Below, one piece after another: positions 46,796 through 57,198 of a stretch of DNA of 64,000 nt. The notes below the pieces were generated by a model. That model had not been told where the DNA came from and made no database searches. It saw only the letters and a list, made by a program, of their open reading frames with translations. The translations under genes and the position numbers were made by a program. How positions within the stretch are numbered: the first letter of the stretch is position 1; each line of letters starts with the position of its first letter. Origin of the DNA: Candidatus Desulfarcum epimagneticum (GTDB lineage Bacteria; Desulfobacterota; Desulfobacteria; Desulfobacterales; CR-1); assembly GCA_900659855.1 (NCBI GenBank), contig CAACVI010000050.1, forward strand, positions 85,902 to 149,901. The letters run 5' to 3'.

Positions 46796-47735
46796 CCGTG
46801 TGAAAAAACGGCTGTCCCGGATTTCGGGCGCCCATGTCCGCTTTGACGAGCCCATGAGCCGCCACACCTCCCTGGGGATCGGCGGCCCGGCCGAGGCGCG
46901 CGCGACGCCGGAGTCTTTGAAAGACCTGGAGTCGATTTTGCGGATGGCGTCCGGGGAAGGGATTCCCTGGATGGTCATCGGAGGGGGGACGAATCTGCTG
47001 GTTTCGGACCGGGGTCTTCCGGGGCTTTGTATCTCTTTGGAAAACTGTCTCACCCGCGTGTGGGAAAAAGCCTCGGACGGCCCGGAAACCGTGGTCGGGG
47101 CCATGGCCGGGGCCAGGCTTTCAACGGCGTTCGCCTTCGCGGCGAAGCGGGGGCTTTCGGGCATGAATTTCGCCCTGGGCATTCCCGGCTCTGTGGGAGG
47201 GGCGGCCATGGTGAACGCCGGGTCCTCCCACGGGAGCATGGAGGACGTCCTGGAGGCGGCGACGGTCCTCTTTCCGGACGGGCGGAAAGAAAAAATGTCC
47301 CGGGAGGCGTTTCGGGCGTTCAGAGAAAAAGAGGGCGGGCGCTTTCCCGCCGGCGCCATCGTCTCGGAGGTTTTTTTCAGGCTGGGCGTCTCAGAGCCGG
47401 GCCGGGTTCAAAAAGAGGGGCGTATGATTCTTTCGGCCCGGAACAAAACCCAGCCCGGGGGAAAAAGCGCGGGATGTTTTTTTAAAAATCCGGAAAAAGG
47501 CCGCCCCGCCGGCATGCTCCTGGATATGGCCGGGCTCAAGGGAAAAAGAATCGGGGGCGCCCGGATTTCCGAGGTTCACGCCAACTTTATTTTAAACGTG
47601 GGAAACGCCTCGGCAAAGGATGTCCTGGATCTGATGAACATGGCCAGGGAGACGGTCTATGAGAAATTCAACGTCAGGCTTGATCCGGAGGTGAAAATTG
47701 TCGGCGTATGCCCCGGCCTCGAAAGGGCCTTATAA
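46785..47735 (+). CDS. murB: UDP-N-acetylenolpyruvoylglucosamine reductase MurB
   Basis: SRHTSLGIGGPAE...VIGGGTNLLVSD...GSVGGAAMVNAG. The internal ATG overlaps the murC end by 11 nt. Confidence 0.88.
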   Translation: MLTDRVKKRLSRISGAHVRFDEPMSRHTSLGIGGPAEARATPESLKDLESILRMASGEGIPWMVIGGGTNLLVSDRGLPGLCISLENCLTRVWEKASDGPETVVGAMAGARLSTAFAFAAKRGLSGMNFALGIPGSVGGAAMVNAGSSHGSMEDVLEAATVLFPDGRKEKMSREAFRAFREKEGGRFPAGAIVSEVFFRLGVSEPGRVQKEGRMILSARNKTQPGGKSAGCFFKNPEKGRPAGMLLDMAGLKGKRIGGARISEVHANFILNVGNASAKDVLDLMNMARETVYEKFNVRLDPEVKIVGVCPGLERAL

Positions 47736-48561
47736 AAAAAGCCCGGTTAGAAAGAGGAAAGCCGCGGCCAGGCGGGGTTTTTTCCTGGCCGGAATGGCGC
47801 TGTTTGTTGTTTTCATGGCTGTCTTGGGTTTTGTGTTCACCAAGGCCCACAACGCGGCGCTTCGCTCAGCGGCTTTCAAAGCCCGGGAGATCCGGGTGAC
47901 CGGCGCCCGATTCCTCAGCCGCCGCCAGGTCCTGGACCAGGCCGGGATCCGGGAGGGGGCCAATGTTCTGGCCGTGAATCTTTCCCTGGCCCGGAAAAGG
48001 CTCCTGGCGAATCCCTGGATCGTTGACGCCCAGGTGAAAAGACATCTTCCGGCGGGGCTGGAGATCGGGATCAGAGAACGCGCGGCCCTGGCCGCGCTGG
48101 ATGTGGGGCCGGGATTTTTGCTGGATGAAGACGGGCGGGTGTTCAAACGCCTGGAGGCGTCAGACCCGCCGGATCTGGTGAGGGTGAAAGGGCTGGCTTT
48201 TTCCGATATGGACCCGGCCCCGGAATCCGGGCCGGCGGCTTTTGCCGAGGCGATCCGGGCCCTCAAGGTGTTTGGGAGGGAAAAGAGACTTTTTGCCCCG
48301 GGGACCCTGAAAGAGATCCGGGTTGACCGGGAGCTGGGGCTTGAGCTGGCGATTTCCGGAGACGGGAAAAAGACCGGGGCCGGCGCCGCGAAAAGAATCA
48401 GGATCGGATACGGCTCCTACGGCGAAAAGCGCAAGGCCCTTGAGAGGGTGGCGCGCCACATGAAAAGCCATGGCGGCTTTTCAAAGTATTCGTTCCTGGA
48501 TCTCAGCGCCCCGGAAAGGGCGGTGGTCAGGCCGGTGGGCAGGGGCATAAAAAAACAATGA
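47698..48561 (+). CDS. ftsQ: Cell division protein FtsQ (POTRA domain)
   Basis: A basic N-terminus, one TM segment (FFLAGMALFVVFMAVLGFVF), then a POTRA-like region (IRVTGARFLSRRQVLDQAGI). It sits between murB and ftsA. The start codon is uncertain. Confidence 0.8.
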   Translation: MSAYAPASKGPYKKSPVRKRKAAARRGFFLAGMALFVVFMAVLGFVFTKAHNAALRSAAFKAREIRVTGARFLSRRQVLDQAGIREGANVLAVNLSLARKRLLANPWIVDAQVKRHLPAGLEIGIRERAALAALDVGPGFLLDEDGRVFKRLEASDPPDLVRVKGLAFSDMDPAPESGPAAFAEAIRALKVFGREKRLFAPGTLKEIRVDRELGLELAISGDGKKTGAGAAKRIRIGYGSYGEKRKALERVARHMKSHGGFSKYSFLDLSAPERAVVRPVGRGIKKQ

Positions 48562-48592
48562 TCCGTTTTACGAAAATCAAGCGAGGTGTCAC

Positions 48593-49822
48593 ATGCAAGG
48601 CCAGGAAGAAAATATTATCGTCGGCCTCGATATAGGCACGACCAAGATATGCGCCGTCGTGGGGGAGATGGCGGATGGAGACATCAACATCATCGGCATC
48701 GGGACCCATCCGTCGGAAGGGCTTCGCAAGGGCGTGGTGGTGAACATTGAATCCACGGTGAAATCGATCAAAAAGGCCGTCGAGGAGGCCGAGCTGATGG
48801 CCGGATGCGAGATTTCCTCGGTTTACGCAGGCATCGCCGGGGGGCACATCACGGGTTTCAACAGCCGGGGCATCATCGCCATCAAGGGGTCGGAGGTGAT
48901 GGAAAACGATGTGGCGCGGGTCATTGACGCGGCCCGGGCCGTGGCCATTCCCATGGACCGGGAGGTCATCCACGTGCTTCCCCAGGAGTATATCGTGGAC
49001 GATCAGGCCGGCATCCACAATCCCATCGGCATGTCGGGGGTCCGGCTGGAGGCCCGGGTGCACATTGTCACCGGCGCCGTGACATCGGCGCACAACATCG
49101 TGAAATGCGCCAACCGCGCCGGCCTGGACGTATGCGACATTGTGCTGGAATCCCTGGCTTCGGGCGAGGCGGCGCTCACAAAAGAGGAGAGGGAAATCGG
49201 GGCCGCTTTGATTGATCTGGGAGGCGGCACCACGGATCTGGCCATTTTCTCCGAGGACAACATCAAACACACGTTTGTGCTGTCTTTGGGAGGAAACAAC
49301 CTGACCAACGACATCGCGGTGGGGGTCCGGGCCTCCATCGCCTCGGCGGAGAAAATCAAAATCAATCGCGGGACCTGTCTTTTGCAGGACATCAAGCCCG
49401 ATGAGTCCATCGAAATCCCGGGGATGGGGGGAAGGGAGTCCAGGCGGCTTCCCCGCCAGATACTGGGAGAGATACTCGAGCCCCGGGTGGAGGAGATTTT
49501 TGAGCTGGTGAAACGGGAGATTCACAGGGCCGGAATGGAAAACAGCATCGTGTCCGGGGTGGTGGTGACCGGGGGGTCGGCCCTTCTGAAGGGGGTCGTG
49601 GAGATCGCCGAGATGACCTTCAATCTCCCCGCCCGGCTGGGAAAGCCCCGGGGCATCGGCGGCCTGGTGGATGTGGTGAACAGCTCCATGTACGCCACAG
49701 GGGTGGGGCTGGTGCTGTATGGGGCCTCAAGTGACTCCAAAAAGAAGTTCCGGATACGTGACGCCAATATTTTCAACCGGGTGATGCGCAGGATGAAAAA
49801 CTGGGTGAGAGAGGCGGTATGA
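48593..49822 (+). CDS. ftsA: Cell division protein FtsA
   Basis: IVGLDIGTTKICAVVGE...LIDLGGGTTDLAIF...VVTGGSALLKG. Confidence 0.93.
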   Translation: MQGQEENIIVGLDIGTTKICAVVGEMADGDINIIGIGTHPSEGLRKGVVVNIESTVKSIKKAVEEAELMAGCEISSVYAGIAGGHITGFNSRGIIAIKGSEVMENDVARVIDAARAVAIPMDREVIHVLPQEYIVDDQAGIHNPIGMSGVRLEARVHIVTGAVTSAHNIVKCANRAGLDVCDIVLESLASGEAALTKEEREIGAALIDLGGGTTDLAIFSEDNIKHTFVLSLGGNNLTNDIAVGVRASIASAEKIKINRGTCLLQDIKPDESIEIPGMGGRESRRLPRQILGEILEPRVEEIFELVKREIHRAGMENSIVSGVVVTGGSALLKGVVEIAEMTFNLPARLGKPRGIGGLVDVVNSSMYATGVGLVLYGASSDSKKKFRIRDANIFNRVMRRMKNWVREAV

Positions 49823-49861
49823 TTTTTTTCATGGGGCAACCCAAAGGGGAAAGGGATTTTT

Positions 49862-51052
49862 ATGTCTAATTTTACGTATGTCGGCAGTGATAATACTGCG
49901 AAAATCAAGGTGATCGGAGTAGGGGGGGGAGGAGGAAACGCCGTCAACAACATGATTGATTCCAATCTGCAGGGCGTCAAATTCATCGCGGCCAACACCG
50001 ACGCCCAGGCCATCGGCATTTCCAAGGCGTCCGTCCAGCTCAGGATCGGAGAAAAGCTCACCGGGGGGCTGGGCGCCGGGGCCGACCCCAACATCGGCCG
50101 CGAGGCGGCCATTGAAAACAGCGACGCCATTAAAAAGGCCCTGGAGGACAGCCACATGGTCTTCATCACCGCCGGCTTCGGGGGAGGCACAGGAACGGGC
50201 GCCACCCCGGTGATCGCTGAAATATGCAAAGAAATCGGCGCTCTGACTGTTGCGGTGGTGACCAAACCCTTTTCTTTTGAAGGCCGGAAGCGGCTGCGGC
50301 AGGCCGAAGAGGGAATCCAGGTGTTGAAAGAAGTCACCGACACTGTTATAACAGTTCCCAACGACCGGTTGAGGGGGCTGGCCTCCAAAAACGCCACCAT
50401 GCTGGATATGTTTAAAAAAGCCGACGAGGTGCTGCTTCATTCCGTGAGGGGGATCACAGACCTGATTTTAATGCCGGGTCTGGTCAACCTGGATTTCGCC
50501 GATGTCCGCTCCACCATGTCCAAGGCGGGGATGGCCATTATCGGAATCGGGGTGGCCAAGGGCGAAAACCGGGCCACCGAGGCCGCCCGGAAAGCCGTGT
50601 CTCATCCCCTTCTGGAAGATGTGCGCGTGAGCACCGCCGAAGGTGTTTTGATGAACATCACATGCGGCAGCGACCTCACCATGGAAGAGATGACCGAGGC
50701 GTCCGAGTGCATCTACAATGAAGTGGGCGAAGACACGGACATCATCTGGGGCACGGTGGTGGACGATTCCCTTGAGGATGAGATGCGGGTCACCGTCATC
50801 GCCACAGGGATAGCGTCGGAAGACGAGATTCAGTCCGGAGGGGACGCGAGAAAAAGAGGCCGTGTTCGAGACATGATTCCCGCGGGCCCCCGGGGCCAGG
50901 TGGACTATGACGAGCCCACCTTCATTCGCGTGAGAGAGTCGGAGGAAAAAAGGGGCGGGGAGCCGGAGAAGATTCACAAGGGGTTTGTGGATGGCTCGGA
51001 TGATTTCGCCTCTTTTGAGACGCCGGCGTTTTTGAGAAAAAAAGCCGATTGA
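49862..51052 (+). CDS. ftsZ: Cell division GTPase FtsZ
   Basis: IKVIGVGGGGGNAVNNM...GGGTGTGATPVIAE...NLDFADV. Confidence 0.95.
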   Translation: MSNFTYVGSDNTAKIKVIGVGGGGGNAVNNMIDSNLQGVKFIAANTDAQAIGISKASVQLRIGEKLTGGLGAGADPNIGREAAIENSDAIKKALEDSHMVFITAGFGGGTGTGATPVIAEICKEIGALTVAVVTKPFSFEGRKRLRQAEEGIQVLKEVTDTVITVPNDRLRGLASKNATMLDMFKKADEVLLHSVRGITDLILMPGLVNLDFADVRSTMSKAGMAIIGIGVAKGENRATEAARKAVSHPLLEDVRVSTAEGVLMNITCGSDLTMEEMTEASECIYNEVGEDTDIIWGTVVDDSLEDEMRVTVIATGIASEDEIQSGGDARKRGRVRDMIPAGPRGQVDYDEPTFIRVRESEEKRGGEPEKIHKGFVDGSDDFASFETPAFLRKKAD

Positions 51053-51065
51053 TGAAGGCTGATGG

Positions 51066-52544
51066 ATGGGCCGATTAATGGACAGGTATATGAGATTAAA
51101 ACGGATGACCATCCGGCAGGCGGTTTTCGGGGTCGGGCTCTGGCTCGCCCTTTGCGCCGCGCCGGGCTTTTGCATGGACGATTCCCCTTATTCCGGGGCG
51201 CGGATTTTTTTAAGCGAGGCGCGGACATTGTGCGATTATTCCCAGGAGCTGTGGGAAAAAGGAGACATGGACAGCGCCATGGAGGCCCTGGACCGGGCCT
51301 ATGGGCTCATCGGCCGGGTGAATGAGGGAAAAAACCGGATACTGGCCCGCCGAAAAGAGAGCCTGCGTTTTAAAATATCGAAACGGATTCTGGAGATCCA
51401 CACCTCCCGGCGGACCGGCCCCGACATTGTCGCGGGCGCCCATGATGAGATTCCCCTGGAGATGAACCGGCATATCCGCTCCGAGCTGGACGCCTTCACC
51501 CGCGGCCGGGAAAAGGGTTTTTTCAAACGGGCCTGGAGACGCTCCGGGAAATACCGGGAGCACATCGTGCGCAAACTCGATGCGGCCGGCATGCCTTCCG
51601 AGCTGTCCTGGCTTCCTCTCATCGAAAGTGGATTCAGACCCAACGCCCTGTCCGAGGCCAAAGCCCTGGGCCTTTGGCAGTTCATTCGGACCACCGGGGC
51701 CAAATACGGCCTGAAACGGAACCGATACATAGACGAGCGGCTGGACCCGTATAAATCCACCGACGCGGCCATCAAATACCTGTCCCGGCTGCATGAGATT
51801 TTTGGGGACTGGAACATGGCCCTGGCCGCCTACAATTGCGGCGAGGGAAGGGTTCTGAGGGAAATCAAAAGACGGGGGAAAAAATATTTCGACAATTTCT
51901 GGGACATTTATGAGCGTCTGCCCAGGGAGACGGCCCGATATGTTCCCCGGTTCCTGGCCACGCTTCATATCGTCAAAAATCCCGCGAAATACGGACTGGA
52001 CCCCGCCCGCCGGGCGTCCCCCCCGCGCTTTGAGATTGTCTCGGTTCCCAAACGGATCCGATTGAAAGACGCGGCCTTTCGCATGGGGATTTCGGAAAAA
52101 GTCCTCACGAAACTCAATCCGTCTTTGCGCGCGCGCGTCGTTCCCGCGGAAAATTATCCCCTGAAAGTGCCGCCGGGGAAAGCGGGAATCCTGGCGGCCG
52201 GCCTTGACCGCATCCGGTCTGTGAAATATTTCGCCGGCGGCGAGACCCTTTATCACCGGATCAGGCCCGGGGAAACCCTTTCGGGCATCGCCCGCCGCCA
52301 CCGGGTGAGCGTGAGGAAAATCGCGTCGGCCAACGGCATCCGGGTCAACAGCGTGATTGTGGCGGGTCGGAAATTGAAGATACCCGGCGGCGGGGAAACC
52401 TTCAAGACCTACCTGGTGAAAGACGGCGACACCCCTTTTGAGATCGCTTTGAAACACAACATGACCCTGAGCGCTTTTTTAAGGATCAATGGCCTGAGCA
52501 AACGCTCCAAAATTTATCCCGGCCAAAGACTCCTGGTGGTGTAG
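51066..52544 (+). CDS. Lytic transglycosylase (SLT domain) with two C-terminal LysM domains (MltD-like)
   Basis: SLT motif LIESGFRPNALSEAKALGLWQF...AYNCGEG. LysM repeats at YHRIRPGETLSGIARRH and YLVKDGDTPFEIALKHN. Confidence 0.85.
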   Translation: MGRLMDRYMRLKRMTIRQAVFGVGLWLALCAAPGFCMDDSPYSGARIFLSEARTLCDYSQELWEKGDMDSAMEALDRAYGLIGRVNEGKNRILARRKESLRFKISKRILEIHTSRRTGPDIVAGAHDEIPLEMNRHIRSELDAFTRGREKGFFKRAWRRSGKYREHIVRKLDAAGMPSELSWLPLIESGFRPNALSEAKALGLWQFIRTTGAKYGLKRNRYIDERLDPYKSTDAAIKYLSRLHEIFGDWNMALAAYNCGEGRVLREIKRRGKKYFDNFWDIYERLPRETARYVPRFLATLHIVKNPAKYGLDPARRASPPRFEIVSVPKRIRLKDAAFRMGISEKVLTKLNPSLRARVVPAENYPLKVPPGKAGILAAGLDRIRSVKYFAGGETLYHRIRPGETLSGIARRHRVSVRKIASANGIRVNSVIVAGRKLKIPGGGETFKTYLVKDGDTPFEIALKHNMTLSAFLRINGLSKRSKIYPGQRLLVV

Positions 52545-52554
52545 GATATCCCGG

Positions 52555-54300
52555 GTGACGCGCGGACCCGGCCCCGGAGGCCGAAAAAAGACGGGCGGCG
52601 ACGAGACCGGGGCCGTGGTCAAAAGCTGGAAAAACCGGATCAGCGTGGCCCTGGCCTACCCCAATGTCTATGGCGTGGGCATGCCCAACCTGGGGTTCCA
52701 GGCGGTTTACAGCCAGCTCAACGCCCTGGACCATGTGGTGTGTGAGCGGGCGTTTCTTTCCGGGTCCGGATCAGGCCCGCGCGCCCTCGAATCCGGAAGG
52801 CCCCTGGCCGATTTCGACATCATCGCCTTTTCCGTTTCCTTTGAAAATGATTTCGTTCATATCCCCATGATGCTCAACGCGGCGGGGATTCCCCTTTATT
52901 CCCGCCGGCGCGACCGGCCCCTGCCCCTGGTCATGGCCGGCGGCGTGGCCTGTCTTCTCAATCCCGAGCCCCTGGCCGATTTTATGGACTGCTTTCTGAT
53001 CGGCGAGTCCGAGGCCCTTTTAAAGCCTTTTTTCAACCGTTACGACCCCTCCCTGGACCGGCGCGCCCTTCTGGCGGATCTGGCCCGACACGTTTCAGGT
53101 CTTTACGTCCCTTCGTTTTACCAGGTGTCCCGCCAAAGCGACGGCTCCATCAAAAAAATCGCCCCCATCGCCGATGTTCCGCCCCGGGTCAGGCGAATGG
53201 TCAAGGCGGACATCGCCGATGAGCCGGTCCGAAGCGTGGTGCTGTCTTCCGGGTCCGCCTTCGGCCGGATGTTTCTGGTGGAGGCGTCAAGGGGCTGTTT
53301 TCGGGGATGCCGTTTCTGCGCGGCGGGTTTCGCCGGCCGCCCTCCCCGTTTTTTCTCGTTTTCCGCGCTGGAAAAGGCCATCAAAGAAGGGGCGCGAAAG
53401 TCGGACCGCGTGGGGCTGGTGGGGGCGGCCCTTTCGGATTTCAAGGACATGGATCGCCTGGGCCGCCTGGCGGCCCGGGAAGGGGTCCGGCTTTCATTCA
53501 GCTCCCTTCGGGCCGATTCCATTGACGACCGCCTGGCTGATCTGCTTCGGGAAAACGGGGTCAAAACCGCCGTCATCGCGCCCGAGGCCGGTTCTGAGCG
53601 GATGAGGCGGGTCATCAACAAGGGAATGGACGAGTCGGACATTCTGTCCGCCGCCGAAACCTTCGCGGGGCGCGGCGTTTTGAATCTCAAACTGTATTTC
53701 ATGACAGGCCTTCCCACGGAGGAGCCCGGGGACGCGGCGGCCATTGTGGACCTGTGCCGCCGCGTTCGGGAACGTTTCGCGGACGCCAGCCGGGAAAAGG
53801 GGCGCATGGGCTCGGTCACGGTGAGCCTGAATCCCTTTGTCCCCAAGCCTCTCACCCCCTTCCAGTGGGCCCCGGCGCCCGGCGTCGCCGATATGAAAAA
53901 AAAGATCCGGGCCATTTCCAATGGCCTGAGGGCCGTTCCCAACATTCGGATCCACGGCAACAGCCCGCGGGAGGCCCATGTCCAGGCCCTTTTGTCCCGG
54001 GGAGACCGGCGGACGTCCAAAGCCCTGGAGATGGCCGCCGGAGAAGGGGGGAAATGGACCCGGGTCCTGGCCGGGCTGAAATCGGACAAAGGCCCGCGGG
54101 TTGTCCGGGAAAGGGGTCCGGAGGAGCGTTTCCCCTGGGAGATCATCGACTCAGGTCTGGACCGGGACTTTCTGCGCCGGGAATATGAAAAGGCGCTGGC
54201 CGGACGCGCGTCCCCGCCATGCCCCATGACGGACTGCGATTTATGCGCCAGGGGATGCATGTCGGAAAATATTTTCAAAAAAAATGGTTTAAAGCCTTGA
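52555..54300 (+). CDS. Radical SAM protein with an N-terminal B12-binding-like domain
   Basis: 581 aa with SRGCFRGCRFCAAG (CxxxCxxC). A GTG start is used in the track, so the exact start is uncertain. Confidence 0.8.
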   Translation: MTRGPGPGGRKKTGGDETGAVVKSWKNRISVALAYPNVYGVGMPNLGFQAVYSQLNALDHVVCERAFLSGSGSGPRALESGRPLADFDIIAFSVSFENDFVHIPMMLNAAGIPLYSRRRDRPLPLVMAGGVACLLNPEPLADFMDCFLIGESEALLKPFFNRYDPSLDRRALLADLARHVSGLYVPSFYQVSRQSDGSIKKIAPIADVPPRVRRMVKADIADEPVRSVVLSSGSAFGRMFLVEASRGCFRGCRFCAAGFAGRPPRFFSFSALEKAIKEGARKSDRVGLVGAALSDFKDMDRLGRLAAREGVRLSFSSLRADSIDDRLADLLRENGVKTAVIAPEAGSERMRRVINKGMDESDILSAAETFAGRGVLNLKLYFMTGLPTEEPGDAAAIVDLCRRVRERFADASREKGRMGSVTVSLNPFVPKPLTPFQWAPAPGVADMKKKIRAISNGLRAVPNIRIHGNSPREAHVQALLSRGDRRTSKALEMAAGEGGKWTRVLAGLKSDKGPRVVRERGPEERFPWEIIDSGLDRDFLRREYEKALAGRASPPCPMTDCDLCARGCMSENIFKKNGLKP

Positions 54301-54444
54301 AAGCCGCCTCCAATTGTGTTAGCTAATCCGTGTTTTGTTCGGCGTCCCTTTCGGGAATGAAAGGGCCCGAATACTGAAAATGAATCAGGCAAACGGATAT
54401 TTCTTTAATCGAAGAATATCTTTAACCCGGGGATTTTGGCGAAA

Positions 54445-54873
54445 ATGACTGAAAAAAAAGAATTGCGGACAGCGTATATCATTGCCATGGTTTTGTTCTT
54501 TGTCGGCGTGGCGTCCTACGCGGGGTTCTCCGGCCCACAGCCCGAGAGCCCGGCGCGGCTGATGTTTAAAAGCGTGGCGGGAAATGTTTTGTTTGATCAC
54601 AAAGCGCATCTGGACGACTCCGGGTACGCCATCGCCTGCCTGGAATGCCACCATCATCCGGCCGAGGAGGAAAACCTGGCCTCCTGCGGCTCGTGCCACG
54701 CCAAAGACAAAAAAGAAACGGCGTCGCTGTCGTGCCTCGACTGCCATGAGGCCGATGAGGTGGACGCCGGGGAGACTCCGGCAAGATCCGACGCCTTTCA
54801 CGACCAGTGCGTCGGCTGCCACAAGGATGGCGGGGCGGGGCCCGAGGAATGCGGCTCATGCCATGTGATGTGA
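54445..54873 (+). CDS. Membrane-anchored multihaem cytochrome c (five CXXCH motifs)
   Basis: One N-terminal TM segment (YIIAMVLFFVGVASYAG) and the motifs CLECH, CGSCH, CLDCH, CVGCH and CGSCH. It lies immediately upstream of the rnf genes. Confidence 0.8.
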   Translation: MTEKKELRTAYIIAMVLFFVGVASYAGFSGPQPESPARLMFKSVAGNVLFDHKAHLDDSGYAIACLECHHHPAEEENLASCGSCHAKDKKETASLSCLDCHEADEVDAGETPARSDAFHDQCVGCHKDGGAGPEECGSCHVM

Positions 54874-54932
54874 TTTTCAGGTCCGGGGACGGATTCCCGG
54901 GGTCATGAAAGGATTTGAGAAAAGGTTGGATT

Positions 54933-56219
54933 ATGATGAAAAATTTTTTAATGGGACTGGGCGGCGTGAAACTCCAATATGAAAAGCCGGAGGGCGTTTT
55001 CCCGGAGCCGGAAACCATCGTTCCGCCTCAAAACGCCACCCTTCTGATGGCCCCCGGCGGGGGAGTTCTGGAAAAAAGAGCGCTGGCCCCGGGAGATTCC
55101 GTTGAGGCCGGCCGGCGTCTTCTCCTTTATACGGACGACGAGCGATGCGCGGTTTCGCCGATCTCCGGAACAGTGGCGTCCATATCCACGGTTTCAGACG
55201 ATCAGGGCCGGGACTGGACCCAGGTGTCCATCACGGGGTCTTCGGACCCGGACCCCGGGGTCGAGCTGGATGATCTGGCCGGGGAGCCATCCCTTGAGGG
55301 CGCCCGCCGCTGTCTGGCCCACGTTCCCGGCGCGCCCTGCCTGGACTGCTTTTCCAGTGATTCCGAATCTCTTGAGCCCCGGAACATGGAGGTCATCGTC
55401 ATCAACGGCGTCTCTTCCGACCTGATGCTTCTGACCGCCCCGTTTCTTTTGTTTTCCGCCGCCGACGCCATCGGAAAGGGCGTGGAGGTTCTGAAAAAGA
55501 TCACCGGGGTCGGGCGCGTGATCCTGGCGGTCCCGTCGGATTTCTCCGGCTCCCTGGACGTGACGGGGGCCGAGATCCAAAAGGTTTCCCCCCTCTATCC
55601 CCAGGGAAACCCGGCCCTGATCATGAAAAACGTTCTGGGCATGGAGGTTCCGGCCGGCGGCTCCCCGGCCGATCTGGGCGTGGCCTTTTTCAGCCTGGAG
55701 GCCGCGATCTCCCTGGGACAGGCCTTTGAAACCGGGCGCCCGCCCCAGGAAAAGCTTTTGACCCTTGTGGACAAGAAGGGGGCCGGACGGCTGGTTTACG
55801 CGAGAATCGGAACGCCTGTGGGCCATGTGATCCAAAGCTGCGGCGTGGAAATCGATGAAGACGATCTCATCATCATGGGGGGCCCCATGACGGGCTCCGC
55901 CGTGTATTCGGAGAATTTTCCGGTGAGGCCGGACACGGACGGCCTGATGATTCTCAAAAAAGATGATGTCCATTATTACAGCGATTACCCGTGCGTCAAC
56001 TGCGGGGAATGCGTCCGGGTCTGCCCGACCGGCGTGCCGGTGAACATGCTGGTCCGTTTTCTGGAGGCGGGCCGCTACGAGGAGGCCGCCGAGTCCTGGG
56101 ACCTCATGTCGTGCGTGGACTGCGGCCTGTGCGCCTTTGTGTGCGTGGCCCGGATGCCGGTTTTTCAGTATATCCGGCTGGCGAAACACGAGATTTCAAA
56201 AACAAACGCCGCGGCTTAA
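54933..56219 (+). CDS. rnfC: RnfC-like subunit (two 4Fe-4S motifs retained, NADH/FMN motifs apparently missing)
   Basis: It has an N-terminal barrel-like domain (PGDSVEAGRRLL...SPISGTVASI) and the C-terminal motifs CVNCGECVRVCP and CVDCGLCAFVC. There is no GGAGFP-like or ECEP-like motif in the middle domain. Confidence 0.75.
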   Translation: MMKNFLMGLGGVKLQYEKPEGVFPEPETIVPPQNATLLMAPGGGVLEKRALAPGDSVEAGRRLLLYTDDERCAVSPISGTVASISTVSDDQGRDWTQVSITGSSDPDPGVELDDLAGEPSLEGARRCLAHVPGAPCLDCFSSDSESLEPRNMEVIVINGVSSDLMLLTAPFLLFSAADAIGKGVEVLKKITGVGRVILAVPSDFSGSLDVTGAEIQKVSPLYPQGNPALIMKNVLGMEVPAGGSPADLGVAFFSLEAAISLGQAFETGRPPQEKLLTLVDKKGAGRLVYARIGTPVGHVIQSCGVEIDEDDLIIMGGPMTGSAVYSENFPVRPDTDGLMILKKDDVHYYSDYPCVNCGECVRVCPTGVPVNMLVRFLEAGRYEEAAESWDLMSCVDCGLCAFVCVARMPVFQYIRLAKHEISKTNAAA

Positions 56220-56237
56220 AAAAGCGAGGATCCATAT

Positions 56238-57197
56238 ATGTTTAACGGGAAAAAAGTCATCGTCTCACACGCTCCCTTCTCTCACGTCGGGAGCCGGATT
56301 TCGGAAAGAAGCCTTCACAAGATTTTCGCGCTTCTTCCGGCCGTCTTTCTGGGAATCTTTTTTTACGGAGCGCCGGCTTTGGGAGCGGCGGCCCTGTCCG
56401 TTTCCACCGCCGTCATGTGGGAGTCGCTGTTCAACCGGGTGGCCAAACGCCCGGACACGGTGGCGGACGGCGACGCCGCGCTCATCGGTCTTCTGTTCGC
56501 GGCGCTGATCCCGGCCACAAGCCCCTGGTGGTTTGTGGTCGTCGGCACATTCATCGCCGTGGTCATCGGAAAGCAGATATTCGGAGGCATCGGGGCCAAC
56601 CCGGTGAACCCGGTTCTTTTGGCGGTGGCCATTCTGATGGTGTCCTGGAAAGACCTGCTCGACTTCGACGCCGCTTTGCTGAATTACGACCTGGCCTTTA
56701 AGGCGCTTGAGCCCCTGAAGGCTCTCAAAGGGCTCGGCGTGGAGGCCGCGGCCGATTTCAGCATGGGAGACCTCCTCATGGGAAGGCAGGTGGGAGGCGT
56801 CGGCGCCACGTTCGGCCTGGGCCTCATCGCCGGGGGGCTGTACCTCATCGCCAGGGGATTCATCCGCTGGGAGATCCCCGTCTCTTTTCTGGCCGGGGTC
56901 TTTGTGACCGCGCTTTTTTTCAATATGGCCGACCCCGCCGCCTACGCCGGCCCCCTGTTTCACATATTCACGGGATACACCCTTATCGGGGCGTTTTTTC
57001 TGGCCGCCGAAGACGCCTCCTCGCCGGTCCATCTCATCCCCATGCTGATATACGGGGCCGGGGCCGGAATCATGGTCATACTGATCCGGAACATCGGGGT
57101 TTACGCCGACGGAGTGGTTTTTGCCATACTGGTTTTCAATTTAATCAATCCCCTTTTGGATAAAATAAGGCCAAAGGCCATGGGAAAGGTGATTTGA
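56238..57197 (+). CDS. rnfD: Rnf complex membrane subunit RnfD
   Basis: 319 aa and polytopic, with GKQIFGGIGANPVNPVL...AAEDASSP typical of RnfD/NqrB. Confidence 0.88.
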   Translation: MFNGKKVIVSHAPFSHVGSRISERSLHKIFALLPAVFLGIFFYGAPALGAAALSVSTAVMWESLFNRVAKRPDTVADGDAALIGLLFAALIPATSPWWFVVVGTFIAVVIGKQIFGGIGANPVNPVLLAVAILMVSWKDLLDFDAALLNYDLAFKALEPLKALKGLGVEAAADFSMGDLLMGRQVGGVGATFGLGLIAGGLYLIARGFIRWEIPVSFLAGVFVTALFFNMADPAAYAGPLFHIFTGYTLIGAFFLAAEDASSPVHLIPMLIYGAGAGIMVILIRNIGVYADGVVFAILVFNLINPLLDKIRPKAMGKVI

Positions 57198-57198
57198 C

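Noticed and set aside
46208-47359. A 383-aa minus-strand ORF across the murC/murB junction. Similar long antisense ORFs occur at 37284-38522, 51210-52457, 53118-54392, 55194-56189 and 5656-6681.
   Set aside because: All of them lie opposite well-supported genes, are rich in Arg, Pro and Gly, and lack any family signature. They are high-GC antisense artefacts.
54301-54435. Small hairpins in the radical SAM-cytochrome spacer (ccctttc-gggaat-gaaaggg and the imperfect gatatttctt/aagaatatc dyad)
   Set aside because: The stems are short or imperfect, lack a U-tract and have no second copy. This is not enough to call a terminator or an operator.
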